This document shows, piece by piece, positions 44,063 through 53,135 of a stretch of 64,000 nucleotides of DNA. The notes beneath the pieces were generated by a model. The model searched no databases. It saw only the letters and a program-made list of their open reading frames with translations, and was not told the DNA's origin. The position numbers and the translations under genes were made by a program. Positions within the stretch are counted from its first letter, which is position 1, and each line of letters begins with the position of its first letter. Source of the stretch: a virus (lineage: Duplodnaviria; Caudoviricetes); IMG/VR virus record IMGVR_UViG_3300037264_002561, positions 895 through 64,894 of that record; one strand, 5' to 3'.

Positions 44063-44881
44063 ATGGCCATCGTAGACCTTCACGGCCTCATCGCTGGTTT
44101 CCTTTCTCCCGAGGAGATCGTCAAGGGCGGCGTAACCATGGAGGCGGCTGCCGTCCTCCATAGCCACTTCTACGCGCCTGGTCGGCCTGGTGCGGCTATC
44201 GCTCCCACTCCTGGAGTGGCAGGGGCAGCCTTGACGGCTTACGCAGGACAAGTCCCGTTCACAAACCCCACAGGTGGGGAGTTTTCCTACCTGGCAGGTT
44301 TTCGAGTAGCTGCTACGATTGCCGGGAGCTTTATGCTCCTCGACCGTCTCTGGCACAACTCAGCTCTTGTTGTGACGACAACTACCCCCCAAGCCGTCAA
44401 TTCCGTCGCCTGGCCCGCTCGCGATCAGGATGGGGCCGTTGACGGCAAGGGGGTTATGGTCGGCATCGAGGTCAGCACTGCGACAACCAATGCTGCTGCC
44501 ATCACGACGATGACTTTGGGCTACACCAACTCCGCTGGCGTGCCTGGACGTGTTGGGACAGTCCTGCCCACCACAGGCTTCCCAGCTACCGCAATCGCGG
44601 GCACCTTTGTCCCCTTCCTGCTAGACGCTGGAGACGTTGGTGTGCGGTCCATTCAGAACGTCACGTTGGCAACGAGCCTTCTGACTGGTGTGGTTCACCT
44701 TGTTGCGTATCGCACTCTAGCCCGCGTGGATGTTCCGCTTGCGAACACGGGAAACTTCATCGACGCCAACACTGGGGGCCTCCCTCGGCTCTACGACAAC
44801 ACCGTGCCATTCCTTGTTCAACTTCCTTCGGCTGTCTCGGCCACCAACATCTATGCTGCGATGGTAGTAGCCCAGGGGTAA
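44063..44881 (+). CDS. Virion appendage protein, paralog 3 of 3
   Basis: Same motifs as paralog 1; AGGAG RBS. Confidence 0.78.
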   Translation: MAIVDLHGLIAGFLSPEEIVKGGVTMEAAAVLHSHFYAPGRPGAAIAPTPGVAGAALTAYAGQVPFTNPTGGEFSYLAGFRVAATIAGSFMLLDRLWHNSALVVTTTTPQAVNSVAWPARDQDGAVDGKGVMVGIEVSTATTNAAAITTMTLGYTNSAGVPGRVGTVLPTTGFPATAIAGTFVPFLLDAGDVGVRSIQNVTLATSLLTGVVHLVAYRTLARVDVPLANTGNFIDANTGGLPRLYDNTVPFLVQLPSAVSATNIYAAMVVAQG

Positions 44882-44884
44882 CTC

Positions 44885-45418
44885 GTGTCGGACATTGCTG
44901 GTCTTGGAGCGTTCCCGTTTAATTCGAGTTGGGTACTTCGCACGTCTCTGATGGCAGGCACGTCGATGGTTGGCTCGACCACGGACCTTCAGCGCGTCAG
45001 TCAGGATTTCTTCCTGGCACCATACACGGCCGCGGTTTCGATTACGGCCCCCGATGACCCCCCAACGGCCGTTTTCACGGATGAAGGATCCATAGCGAGG
45101 ACGTTCGCGGATGTCGATGCGAGCCCAGTTGCATCTTTCAGCGATGTCTCATTGTTCTCACGTACCCGGGCCAATGATACGTTCGTGATGGCGTTCTTCG
45201 AGGACGAGTCCTCCTTCTTCCAAGAAGCCCGTTTCTCGCATACCATGGATGGAGTTGTCGTCTTCTCGGACCTCTCGTCTCATCTGCGGTCGATCGTCAA
45301 TCCGACGGCCATAACGAGCGCCGGCCAAGAGGGTGCAGTTCAAGTACTATTCAAGGCCGAAGAACCGATCGAGGTCGTGATCGGCGAAGTCCTTCCATTC
45401 AATGAGGAGAGACGATGA
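44885..45418 (+). CDS. Hypothetical appendage-module protein
   Basis: Tightly packed; short internal repeats (A.F.D..S). Confidence 0.6.
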   Translation: MSDIAGLGAFPFNSSWVLRTSLMAGTSMVGSTTDLQRVSQDFFLAPYTAAVSITAPDDPPTAVFTDEGSIARTFADVDASPVASFSDVSLFSRTRANDTFVMAFFEDESSFFQEARFSHTMDGVVVFSDLSSHLRSIVNPTAITSAGQEGAVQVLFKAEEPIEVVIGEVLPFNEERR

Positions 45419-46590
45419 AGAGTGATCTTCGCCGTGGCGATCGAGAACCAGATCTCCCCCTGCGGGTGATGCTCCAAGATGGTGAACGTCATCCCGTCAC
45501 TCGAGCTCGAGATCTGACCGAGATCACCGTTCGAGGCTTCTTCTACAAGGCCTTCGTCGAGATGACGAGCGTCGTCAACGGAGTCACGCGCGCACTCCCC
45601 GAGAACGCAGAGTTTCTCCGGATCCTAGAAAAGAAGAAAACTGACCTCTTGATCGCCCAGGTCAATGTGGCGGGCCCAAATCTCTACAGCGCTCTGACTC
45701 AGCCGTTGAGCGCTCAGCGCATCTCGTTCCTCGTGAGCGCTATCTCAGTCCCCGGGTCGATCACGATCACCGGCAAAGATCTCGCCGGAGAAGCACTCGT
45801 AGAAACGGTGCTCATCACGACGGCAGAGACTCTGTTTTCCGTCGACGCCTTTTCGGAAATCGATGAGGATGGGATCTCGATGACGGGGTCCTTCACCGTT
45901 GGTCTCTACGTCCATGACGGACGAGTCGATCTCATCTGGGCCGATGGCGACACGGATGTTCCGGGGGACTACTTCGTTCTTCTGGAACTCGTTCATCCGA
46001 CAGGAGAGAAGGAAACGGCCCACACACCCGTGGAAGTCCAGATCCTCGAGAAGATCCAGCACCCAATCCCCGCGGTTACGTCCGTTGTCACGAGTCCGTT
46101 CGACCCGGGAGACCTGGCTACTTTCGCGGGCACCGGCTTCCTCGACGCCACCGGGGCCGACTTCCTCAACCTCGACACGGCCTCTGTGATCGCGCTCACG
46201 AGCGTCACCATCGGATCCGACGTCCTCCTGGAAGCTAATCTGCCGGCTGGCATGGATGGAGGCCGATACGGGGCCCGCGTGACCACTCCAGGAGGCCCCA
46301 GCGAGACCTACAGCGAGGTCGTCGTGCTTCCCATCGTGAACGACTTCTCTCCCACGACGATAGCTCCTGGGGCCACCCTGACCGTCGACGGGGATGGTTT
46401 CACGGGAGCCACGGCGATCGAGATCGTAGACGAGGAGGGAGTCGTCTTCGTACTCGACAATCTAGTCGAGGTGAGCGACGACCAGCTCACCGGAGACATC
46501 CCGGTAGCTGCGACTGTGGGGGTCTACAGCGTTCGGGTCCTCGTTCCAGGAAACCAGAGCACCCTTGTCGGAGAGCTGAACATCCAGTAA
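45415..46590 (+). CDS. BppU-like adaptor with two C-terminal Ig-like (IPT/TIG) domains
   Basis: LRRGD..P.L...DLT...V and GRV...W..GDTD.PG.Y..E; two P.V...P...G...T..G.GF..AT units. Confidence 0.7.
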   Translation: MKSDLRRGDREPDLPLRVMLQDGERHPVTRARDLTEITVRGFFYKAFVEMTSVVNGVTRALPENAEFLRILEKKKTDLLIAQVNVAGPNLYSALTQPLSAQRISFLVSAISVPGSITITGKDLAGEALVETVLITTAETLFSVDAFSEIDEDGISMTGSFTVGLYVHDGRVDLIWADGDTDVPGDYFVLLELVHPTGEKETAHTPVEVQILEKIQHPIPAVTSVVTSPFDPGDLATFAGTGFLDATGADFLNLDTASVIALTSVTIGSDVLLEANLPAGMDGGRYGARVTTPGGPSETYSEVVVLPIVNDFSPTTIAPGATLTVDGDGFTGATAIEIVDEEGVVFVLDNLVEVSDDQLTGDIPVAATVGVYSVRVLVPGNQSTLVGELNIQ

Positions 46591-46597
46591 GGACGCC

Positions 46598-46888
46598 ATG
46601 ACTTCGGAGCAGATCGACGCCATCCTCGCCCTGGTGAAAGCGGGCGGCATCTACGCCGCCGTCGTCATCCTCTTGATCGTCGTCGTTGTCCTCGGGAAGC
46701 TCTTCCTCGATCAGGTGAAGAGAGCCGACGGCCTTCAGGATCTCCGGGTCAAGGACTCCCAAGACACGAGCGCCCTGATTCTCAAGGAAATCAAAGACCT
46801 CACCGGGGCCCTTACCAAGCTCACCGCCAAGCTCGACACCTTCCGCCCACCCCGCGCCAGTGGAAAGGATGCTGAGAGTGGATCTTAG
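46598..46888 (+). CDS. Membrane protein, BhlA/UviB-like holin candidate
   Basis: One strong TM helix followed by coiled coil; AAGGA RBS. Confidence 0.6.
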   Translation: MTSEQIDAILALVKAGGIYAAVVILLIVVVVLGKLFLDQVKRADGLQDLRVKDSQDTSALILKEIKDLTGALTKLTAKLDTFRPPRASGKDAESGS

Positions 46889-47123
46889 CAAACTCCTTCT
46901 GACCGACGTTCGAGATCTGTTCCGGAAAGAGACTCGGGAAGAGCGACAAGTCGAACTCCAAGACCCAGAGGCCATGAAACAGGAGCTCTTGCGCAAGACC
47001 TCGGAGATGATCCAGGCGTCGACTCGTGAAGTCGAGGAGCTGAACTCCTACCTGGACGAGAACGAGATCGAGTTCATCGCCAGCGAAGAACTCCTCGGCG
47101 AGGACGAGTCCGACCCCCCGTAA
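46878..47123 (+). CDS. Small acidic helical protein (last plus-strand gene)
   Basis: Overlaps previous gene; start uncertain (46860/46869/46878). Confidence 0.55.
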   Translation: MDLSKLLLTDVRDLFRKETREERQVELQDPEAMKQELLRKTSEMIQASTREVEELNSYLDENEIEFIASEELLGEDESDPP

Positions 47124-47133
47124 TCGGATTACG
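47119..47133. repeat. Dispersed palindrome copy 6 at the convergence of late and replication regions
   Basis: Perfect; contains TAA stops of both convergent genes (47121-47123 plus, 47129-47131 minus). Confidence 0.9.
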
Positions 47134-47338
47134 GCTTCTGATCGACCACGATGGAGTGTAGTGGAGCTGCATCCACCATCACTTGACCGATCGCCGCGAG
47201 GACGAGAAGAGTCACGCGGATCTTCTTCCCGCACTCATCTTCGGGACAGGTCTCGACGAAGGTATCCCCATCCTTGGGGGATTCCTCGTCGTACTCGATC
47301 TTGGTCTGGCAGTGGGGGCAGTAGAAGGTGATCGTCAT
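47129..47338 (-). CDS. Small zinc-ribbon protein
   Basis: CPHC...CPEDEC; GAGG RBS. Confidence 0.7.
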   Translation of the reverse strand: MTITFYCPHCQTKIEYDEESPKDGDTFVETCPEDECGKKIRVTLLVLAAIGQVMVDAAPLHSIVVDQKP

Positions 47339-47347
47339 CTCAGCCCC

Positions 47348-47653
47348 TCAGTACATTCCCTCGCGGCTCGTGACGGCGATGACGACGAACTTCGGACCGA
47401 TCCAGTACATCTTGCCCAGGTCGAGCCCACGGGGGTAGGAGACGGGGAGATTGAAGAGGGTGTAGCGGGGCTTCCCTTGCTTCTGCACCTCTTCCCCGAG
47501 ATCCCTGATGTGCTTCTGCGCGATGAGTGCCCTGGCGTCGATCGGGCTCATGGACAGTCCGCTCAGAGTGGCCCCTCGGAGTGTGGCGTCGCCCCACTGC
47601 TTTTGGCACTCCTCGATCGTGAGTGGTGTCGGTAGTTCTTTCTTGTCGCTCAT
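47348..47653 (-). CDS. Hypothetical protein
   Basis: Overlap with primase stop; GAGGTG RBS. Confidence 0.65.
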   Translation of the reverse strand: MSDKKELPTPLTIEECQKQWGDATLRGATLSGLSMSPIDARALIAQKHIRDLGEEVQKQGKPRYTLFNLPVSYPRGLDLGKMYWIGPKFVVIAVTSREGMY

Positions 47654-48795
47654 ACTTCACCTCGCATGAAGGCCTGGGCCTGGTCTCGGTCGCGCTTCTT
47701 GCGCTGAGGCCAGAACACGTTTTCGTAAACGGGATCGAAGTCTTCCTTCTCGTCCATGTCGGCCGGATCGACGTTCTCAGGCAACGTGGCGATCCCAACG
47801 TCGAAGAAGTCCCGGAGCATCTTGTAGCTCATCCAGGCTGCCTTGCGACCCGGGTTGAGACTCTCCCCTGTGTCCGGATCTTCCATGGAGTCGTTGTCGG
47901 AACAGATGATAACCCGGTCGATTGCGTCCGCTCTATGGAGAAGCAACCGTACTTGATCTCGAGAGACCCCGGCTTTGAGCATCCCCGTCGCTTGGGGGTA
48001 GTTGAACCCGCGGAGCTTGAGGGTCGAGATGACGGCTTCGACTAGGATCACTTCGCGCCGCCCACAAGCCACGGCTTCGTCGATTCCGAAGAGGAGCCGG
48101 CTGGTAAGGCTGGCGCCCGTGTAGTGGTGGGTTGGGTACATCTGGTCTACTCGATCAGCCTTGTCCTGGTAGCGCCTCTGCCAGGCCTGTCGAGAGGCCG
48201 TAGCCCGGCTGTAGAGGGAGTACAACTTCCCCTTCACCTGGATAGGCACACAGGCCCGGTAGCGATAGAAGGAGTCCTCTGGCACGTGACCGGCTTTGGC
48301 CTCCAAGAGAACCTTCGGTTCGAGCCCCCGGGCCTTCACGAGGTAGGGATGGGCAAGCACTTCATACTTGTCGGGCCAGGCGATCGGCTCAGGCTTCAAC
48401 GGCTTGAGTTCGGGTCGCCGGCCGATGGCGTCAAAGCAGCTCACCGCGATTGCCAGCTCGGAGAAGTCAGTTGATTGGATCCCGGCCATCTCGCAGAGGA
48501 ACGCGTAGGCCGTCTCATCGGAGCAATGCTCGTGGAGGGAGATGAAACGGATCAGGTCTCCCCGCTTCCCACAGAACGACGAACGGCAGATGAACCCCGA
48601 CGACTCGGAGTTCATCGAGAAGTTGACGCTGGAGCAAGTATGGAAAGGGCAGGAGAAGGAGTACTCAAGGCCCCCCTTCCTCGACTCCTTGGGCATTCCA
48701 AACTCGATCCCGTAATGGGTGAGGATCTGTTCGATCGAGAGCTTCCGCAAAACGATGCGGATCCTCTCCAATCGCTCAGGGCCGGAGATGCTCAT
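47650..48795 (-). CDS. dnaG: DNA primase (zinc finger + TOPRIM)
   Basis: CPFH...C....CGKRGDLI; VILVE, CSDND, DPAD. Confidence 0.85.
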   Translation of the reverse strand: MSISGPERLERIRIVLRKLSIEQILTHYGIEFGMPKESRKGGLEYSFSCPFHTCSSVNFSMNSESSGFICRSSFCGKRGDLIRFISLHEHCSDETAYAFLCEMAGIQSTDFSELAIAVSCFDAIGRRPELKPLKPEPIAWPDKYEVLAHPYLVKARGLEPKVLLEAKAGHVPEDSFYRYRACVPIQVKGKLYSLYSRATASRQAWQRRYQDKADRVDQMYPTHHYTGASLTSRLLFGIDEAVACGRREVILVEAVISTLKLRGFNYPQATGMLKAGVSRDQVRLLLHRADAIDRVIICSDNDSMEDPDTGESLNPGRKAAWMSYKMLRDFFDVGIATLPENVDPADMDEKEDFDPVYENVFWPQRKKRDRDQAQAFMRGEV

Positions 48796-48798
48796 GCT

Positions 48799-48823
48799 GG
48801 CTCCGTAATCCGATTACGGAGCC
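48799..48823. repeat. Dispersed palindrome copy 7, extended to 25 bp
   Basis: GGCTCCGTAATC-C-GATTACGGAGCC; contains mazG stop and the GGAG RBS of primase. Confidence 0.9.
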
Positions 48824-49413
48824 TTCGCGGCCTCAACGGCTCGACGTTCGGCTTCGACGTCCCGATCGATAGCGGCCTTCTGGGTGAAGTTCCCCTCGTA
48901 GCGGGTGTCGAGCTTGGTGTGGTTCAGCTTCCAGATCTCTTCCCAAGTGAACCCCAGTTCGCCCACAATCCGATTGGCCACCGCGAGGGATCGGACGACG
49001 GAGTCGAACATCTCCTTGAGGTTTTTGCTGCTCCCTATGTCCTCGTAGCGGTCCAGCTTCATCAAGCAGAATCCCGAACGGTGGTAGAGCTCGTGAACCA
49101 TGCCGATCGGATTACCCAAGGCTGGATTGATCCCGATCCAGTAGTGAGGGGAGATGTGGTCCTCCAGGAAGCTCTTCTCGTCCGTTCCTTTCATGGTGGC
49201 GTACCAGGCGAAGAACAGGGAGACGAACCAGGCGAAATCGCCAAGCTCCATGAGTAGGTCCGTCCGGTTGATCGCCACGTCGTAGTGGCGCTTCTTGAAG
49301 ATCCCTAGGATCTCGGCCGCTTCTTCGGCCAGGCCCTCGATAAAGTGAGCCGGTAAGAATGCCTTGGGGTTGCAGAAGTGACGGACGGATGCCAAGTACT
49401 CGACCCATTTCAT
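48814..49413 (-). CDS. mazG: MazG-like nucleotide pyrophosphohydrolase
   Basis: GLAEEAAEI...KK, ELGDFAWF, N..KL..RY. Confidence 0.85.
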   Translation of the reverse strand: MKWVEYLASVRHFCNPKAFLPAHFIEGLAEEAAEILGIFKKRHYDVAINRTDLLMELGDFAWFVSLFFAWYATMKGTDEKSFLEDHISPHYWIGINPALGNPIGMVHELYHRSGFCLMKLDRYEDIGSSKNLKEMFDSVVRSLAVANRIVGELGFTWEEIWKLNHTKLDTRYEGNFTQKAAIDRDVEAERRAVEAAKAP

Positions 49414-50093
49414 GCGTGCTCCTCTTTGAAGCCGTAGCCCGACAAGTCCCGAACTCCATCCGAGACTTGAACTTGCGTTTCTCCGCGCTGGTTTTGGGTG
49501 AGGGTATAGAGCCGATCGACTACGGCTTTCAGCTCAGGATCGTGGGTGATGAAAAAGATCTGCATCCCAAGGTCGTGGCTGATCTTGGTGATCCAGGTAG
49601 CATAGCGAGCTCGCCGGGACGGCTGCATGAACTTCCCAGGCTCATCCAAGAAGAGAATGGGACGCCTCTTGGGGACATGGTTGTTCAGGAAGATCACCCG
49701 GAGCGCCGTCGTGATGACGTCCGTGTAACTCCCACCCTTGGCTCGCATGGGAGAGTCCTGAGTAAGGATCCCATCCCGCTCCCAGCGGAGTTGGAAGTCG
49801 GCGTCAAGCGCCCCACGTTTCTCCGAGATCTCGATCAAGAAATCGATCGAGCGGTCCTCGAAGATGGCCCGGAGCGCGTTCGTGGTGTTCTTCTGAACGG
49901 TCTTGACGGTCTTCTCGCGACTGAACTTGGCACCCTCCAAGAAGAGAGTCTTGGCCTCGTGGTGCCTCTGGATGAGTTTCTCGAGATCGACCAGCCGTTT
50001 CGTATAGCCGGTCAACTTCGTTTCAGCCGCGAGCCGGCGAACCTTCTGGTTCTCGGCGCGGTTACGCAGCTCGGCTAGCAGCTCATCCACCAT
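49410..50093 (-). CDS. sbcC: SbcC/Rad50-like ATPase, C-terminal half
   Basis: Short coiled coil, KGGS signature, LFLDEP Walker B, QIFFITHD; no Walker A. Confidence 0.8.
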   Translation of the reverse strand: MVDELLAELRNRAENQKVRRLAAETKLTGYTKRLVDLEKLIQRHHEAKTLFLEGAKFSREKTVKTVQKNTTNALRAIFEDRSIDFLIEISEKRGALDADFQLRWERDGILTQDSPMRAKGGSYTDVITTALRVIFLNNHVPKRRPILFLDEPGKFMQPSRRARYATWITKISHDLGMQIFFITHDPELKAVVDRLYTLTQNQRGETQVQVSDGVRDLSGYGFKEEHA

Positions 50094-50601
50094 CGAGGTT
50101 CTCTCCAAAGAAGGTTCGCGCCTCTTCAGCGATGGCAGTGTCCGTCTCCTCCCCCTCGTCGGCCTCTTCCTTCTCGACTGCCACCTTCTGCTGGATGTAG
50201 AGATCCAAGGCTGCCAGATTTCCCCGGAAGGGGACACCGAGGGTCAGCTTGTCGAGAACCGGATCGAGCTCGGGGATACTTGCCGTCAGAGCCTCGATGA
50301 ACGGGAGAGACCAGTTCGACCACCCGCGGACAGGGATCCCGTTGGCTCGGAAGCGCTTGACGAGGTGGGCGATTTCGTAGATCCAGGCCACGCCCTTGAA
50401 GATCATGATGGTCGAGTCGAAGTCCGTGTTGAACTCGTACCAGATGTCCATCCCGTAAGGGGTCGGCCCGGGGGACAACTCGATCAATCCCTGAACGAGA
50501 TCGACCAAGGTCTCTCCATGGTGGCCCTTGGCTTCGAGGAAGATCAGAAGCTCGTCGGGCTCAGAACCAGATCGGCTTCGCGGACGAGGGGTGAGGCTCA
50601 T
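50083..50601 (-). CDS. Hypothetical protein
   Basis: Overlaps neighbours; good codon usage. Confidence 0.6.
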   Translation of the reverse strand: MSLTPRPRSRSGSEPDELLIFLEAKGHHGETLVDLVQGLIELSPGPTPYGMDIWYEFNTDFDSTIMIFKGVAWIYEIAHLVKRFRANGIPVRGWSNWSLPFIEALTASIPELDPVLDKLTLGVPFRGNLAALDLYIQQKVAVEKEEADEGEETDTAIAEEARTFFGENLDGG

Positions 50602-50846
50602 GGCTTGTTCAGAGCTTCCTGGATGGCCGCCACCTTGATCGACAGAGCCGCCTTCTTCTCCTCGAGTTCACGCTCGTCGCGGGCGTTTGCTTCTTGGAGC
50701 TCCCGCACGTTCTTGAACCCCTTGGCCTGGATTTCCTTCTGGAACTTCTCCAGTTCGGCTTGCGCGCTTCGCTCTTCGCCCTGAAGGCTGCTCAACCGCA
50801 GCTCGGCCTGGCGCAGAACCCTTTCCATCTCTTCCAGACTTGGCAT
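50598..50846 (-). CDS. Small coiled-coil protein (possible third SbcC piece)
   Basis: GGAGG RBS + ATG; continuous heptads. Confidence 0.7.
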   Translation of the reverse strand: MPSLEEMERVLRQAELRLSSLQGEERSAQAELEKFQKEIQAKGFKNVRELQEANARDERELEEKKAALSIKVAAIQEALNKP

Positions 50847-51105
50847 CCCGTGACCTCCCGAGAGCACTATAGGCCCGTGCGATCAGTTCCTCGTCAACGT
50901 CCTCTGGGAGCACCCCTCGGATCTTCCAGAGAGTCTCCAGGCCGTTCAGAAGCTCAGAAGACAGACCTCTCCAGAAGCTCACCCGTTCTTCTTGAGCTAT
51001 CGCGGCCGAACGAAGGTGGCGAATCGTTTCGGTCTGGCTCTTCAGTTGAACGTCGTTTTCCGCGATCCGACTGTGAAGCAACAAAACGATCTGCGGCTCG
51101 TCCAC
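50668..51105 (-). CDS. Hypothetical protein
   Basis: Fills gap but overlaps downstream gene by about 180 nt. Confidence 0.4.
   Translation of the reverse strand: MDEPQIVLLLHSRIAENDVQLKSQTETIRHLRSAAIAQEERVSFWRGLSSELLNGLETLWKIRGVLPEDVDEELIARAYSALGRSRDAKSGRDGKGSAPGRAAVEQPSGRRAKRASRTGEVPEGNPGQGVQERAGAPRSKRPRRA
50864..50873 (-). promoter_or_regulatory. CCTATAGTGC motif (putative -10 element), copy 1
   Basis: Identical 10-mer also at 59685 and 63431; 17 nt upstream of ATG 50846. Confidence 0.5.
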
Positions 51106-51114
51106 AAGATCTGT

Positions 51115-51744
51115 TCAGCTCGCCGCAGGGAACCGCATCGAGGTCTGCTCGCCGAGGATGATGGAGGAGCACTTCTCTACCTCGAAAACGAATTCCTCGT
51201 AGGTTCCCTTGTTGGGGACGACGATGCTCGCGTACTGACGGACGATCTCGGGGATTTCTCTCTCGGAGGCATGGGTGTAGTCTACCCCTGGGGCCCGATA
51301 GTCTCCTCGGTCGGTGGCCACGATCATGCCGCCAAGATCGTGGATGTACTTGGCTTCGTTCAGGAACCGAACGTCGGCCACTACGACACCCGGCCAGCCG
51401 GCCACGAGAGCTTTCATGGCTCGTCCTGCCCAACGCCAGATCCAGAAGTCCGAGAAGAGGGCCCGGCGTCCTTCCGTTCCCCAGAGCTGCCAGAGCCGAC
51501 GGCGGATGGCGAGCTTCTCGGGATCCTTGGTGTCGTTGGGGTAGTAGATCTCACCATTGTCCCGGAAGGCGACGTTGAGCCAATCGAACGGATACTCGAC
51601 CGTTGGAAAGATCTGCGCGATCTCCTTCTTCAGTTCATCGGCCAAGGAAACCCGGTAGTAGCCCCCCACCTTGAGGATCAGGTTCGTCACGGTGTCTTTG
51701 CCCGACCTGGCGAGTCCCGTGATGCCGACGATGCGAGGCTTCAT
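51115..51744 (-). CDS. Deoxynucleoside monophosphate kinase
   Basis: GITGLARSGKDT, RRLWQLWGTEGRR, DVRFLNEA, HASE. Confidence 0.9.
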   Translation of the reverse strand: MKPRIVGITGLARSGKDTVTNLILKVGGYYRVSLADELKKEIAQIFPTVEYPFDWLNVAFRDNGEIYYPNDTKDPEKLAIRRRLWQLWGTEGRRALFSDFWIWRWAGRAMKALVAGWPGVVVADVRFLNEAKYIHDLGGMIVATDRGDYRAPGVDYTHASEREIPEIVRQYASIVVPNKGTYEEFVFEVEKCSSIILGEQTSMRFPAAS

Positions 51745-51747
51745 CTG

Positions 51748-52629
51748 TCACTCCTTGAGGGTCTTGAGGGTTTCCAGCGCCAGGTCGATAGTATCCGATC
51801 CGAGTGCAAGAGAGGCTCCCAATGTGCGCAGGATCTCCTCTGGAGAGATCGTCTTCTCCGGGTTATCGCGCGCAGTCCGAAGAGCGGCCACCGACTCTTC
51901 GTATTGGGTCAGGTCCCTTTCGACGTCGACGACTTTGAGGACGGTGGACGTATTGAGTACCTTCTCGCCCGGCTCGCAAGGAATGTCGATCAGCTTGACC
52001 TTGACCTTCCCCCTCGAGTCGACGTCGATCAAGGCGACGGCCGGAATGCGGCTTGTGTTGTCTTCCCCGAGAGATCCCCGGGAGATAGCCCCCGGGCTCA
52101 CGAAGAGGTGGCCGTTGACGACTTCCACCCCCTGCTGAGGGTGGTAGTGGCTGACGAGGACGACGTCCGCGTCCGTCTCGTAGTCTTCCCAGAGAGTGTG
52201 GTTCCAGAGAACTGGCTTGCGTACGAGATCCGTGTGGTGGAGTCGAAACTTCCGGCCACCGAACTCGATGTCGGCCTTGAACGGATCCAGGATCGTGAAG
52301 TAGCCCTTGGGGAAGAGACGCTCGAGGAGGTAGAGGCCGCTGTAGCCCATCCACGTGACCGCGTCCCCTCGGATGGGATGGTTGCCCGCTACTCCCTTGG
52401 TCGGCGCACAGCGCCCCTCGAACGTCTTGGCGACCTGCATGATCTCCCAAGGGTTCTGGATGGCGCTATCGAAAAGATCTCCTCCGTCGACAAAGAGGTC
52501 GACCTTCTGCTCGTTCCCGAAGTCAGTGACCCACTGGTACTTCTTGAGGATCGCGCTGGGATAGTCGTCGAGCCGACTTTGCGGAGAGGTCTTCTTGAAG
52601 TGCCCGTCTGTTGAGTACAGCAGTCTCAC
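51748..52629 (-). CDS. sbcD: SbcD/Mre11-like metallophosphoesterase nuclease
   Basis: TDGH, GGDLFD, GNH, SHYH, SPGAISR. Confidence 0.85.
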   Translation of the reverse strand: MRLLYSTDGHFKKTSPQSRLDDYPSAILKKYQWVTDFGNEQKVDLFVDGGDLFDSAIQNPWEIMQVAKTFEGRCAPTKGVAGNHPIRGDAVTWMGYSGLYLLERLFPKGYFTILDPFKADIEFGGRKFRLHHTDLVRKPVLWNHTLWEDYETDADVVLVSHYHPQQGVEVVNGHLFVSPGAISRGSLGEDNTSRIPAVALIDVDSRGKVKVKLIDIPCEPGEKVLNTSTVLKVVDVERDLTQYEESVAALRTARDNPEKTISPEEILRTLGASLALGSDTIDLALETLKTLKE

Positions 52630-53135
52630 TTGAGGTTCTTCTTCGAGAGAACCGCACCAACCTCAAACTGAGCGACTGAAGCCATCCCCAGAAGCTCGAA
52701 CAGTTCAGGACCATTCTTGCGGATGAAGGACAGACAGGCTTCTACGTCGACTTCCCCCGTGACGCTACTGATGCCTCCAACGTAAGACCACTTCCGGCCG
52801 GTCACTCCCCACTTGTAGAGAGCCACGGCATCCCCCACCTTGATGAGCGCATACTGGCCGAGATAGAGCCTCGGGCGCTCGCGAAACGGGTCCTTCGCGG
52901 TCGCGCTCGGCATGACGTACTTCGTAGTCTCCGAGAGAGGGATGTCTTCGAGTGGCATCGCTTTCCGTGGAGGCGGTTCTCCGGCCGGTGGTGGTGGGGG
53001 TGTCTCGACGGCCGGATCGAGCTCACCGTCCAAGTCGTCGAGCTTGTCTGCGAAAGCCTCGAGATCTGGACTCGTCTTCTTCGGAGCCTTCGGAGGAGTA
53101 GTTTCTTCGTCGTCCTCGAATACGAGTGGCATCAA
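52626..53135 (-). CDS. Hypothetical protein with acidic/Pro-rich N-terminus
   Basis: Overlaps both neighbours by 4 nt. Confidence 0.65.
   Translation of the reverse strand: MMPLVFEDDEETTPPKAPKKTSPDLEAFADKLDDLDGELDPAVETPPPPPAGEPPPRKAMPLEDIPLSETTKYVMPSATAKDPFRERPRLYLGQYALIKVGDAVALYKWGVTGRKWSYVGGISSVTGEVDVEACLSFIRKNGPELFELLGMASVAQFEVGAVLSKKNLK

Noticed and set aside
42335-44881. Diversity-generating retroelement in the paralog triplet or sheath repeat
   Set aside because: No reverse transcriptase in the window and differences are not adenine-specific
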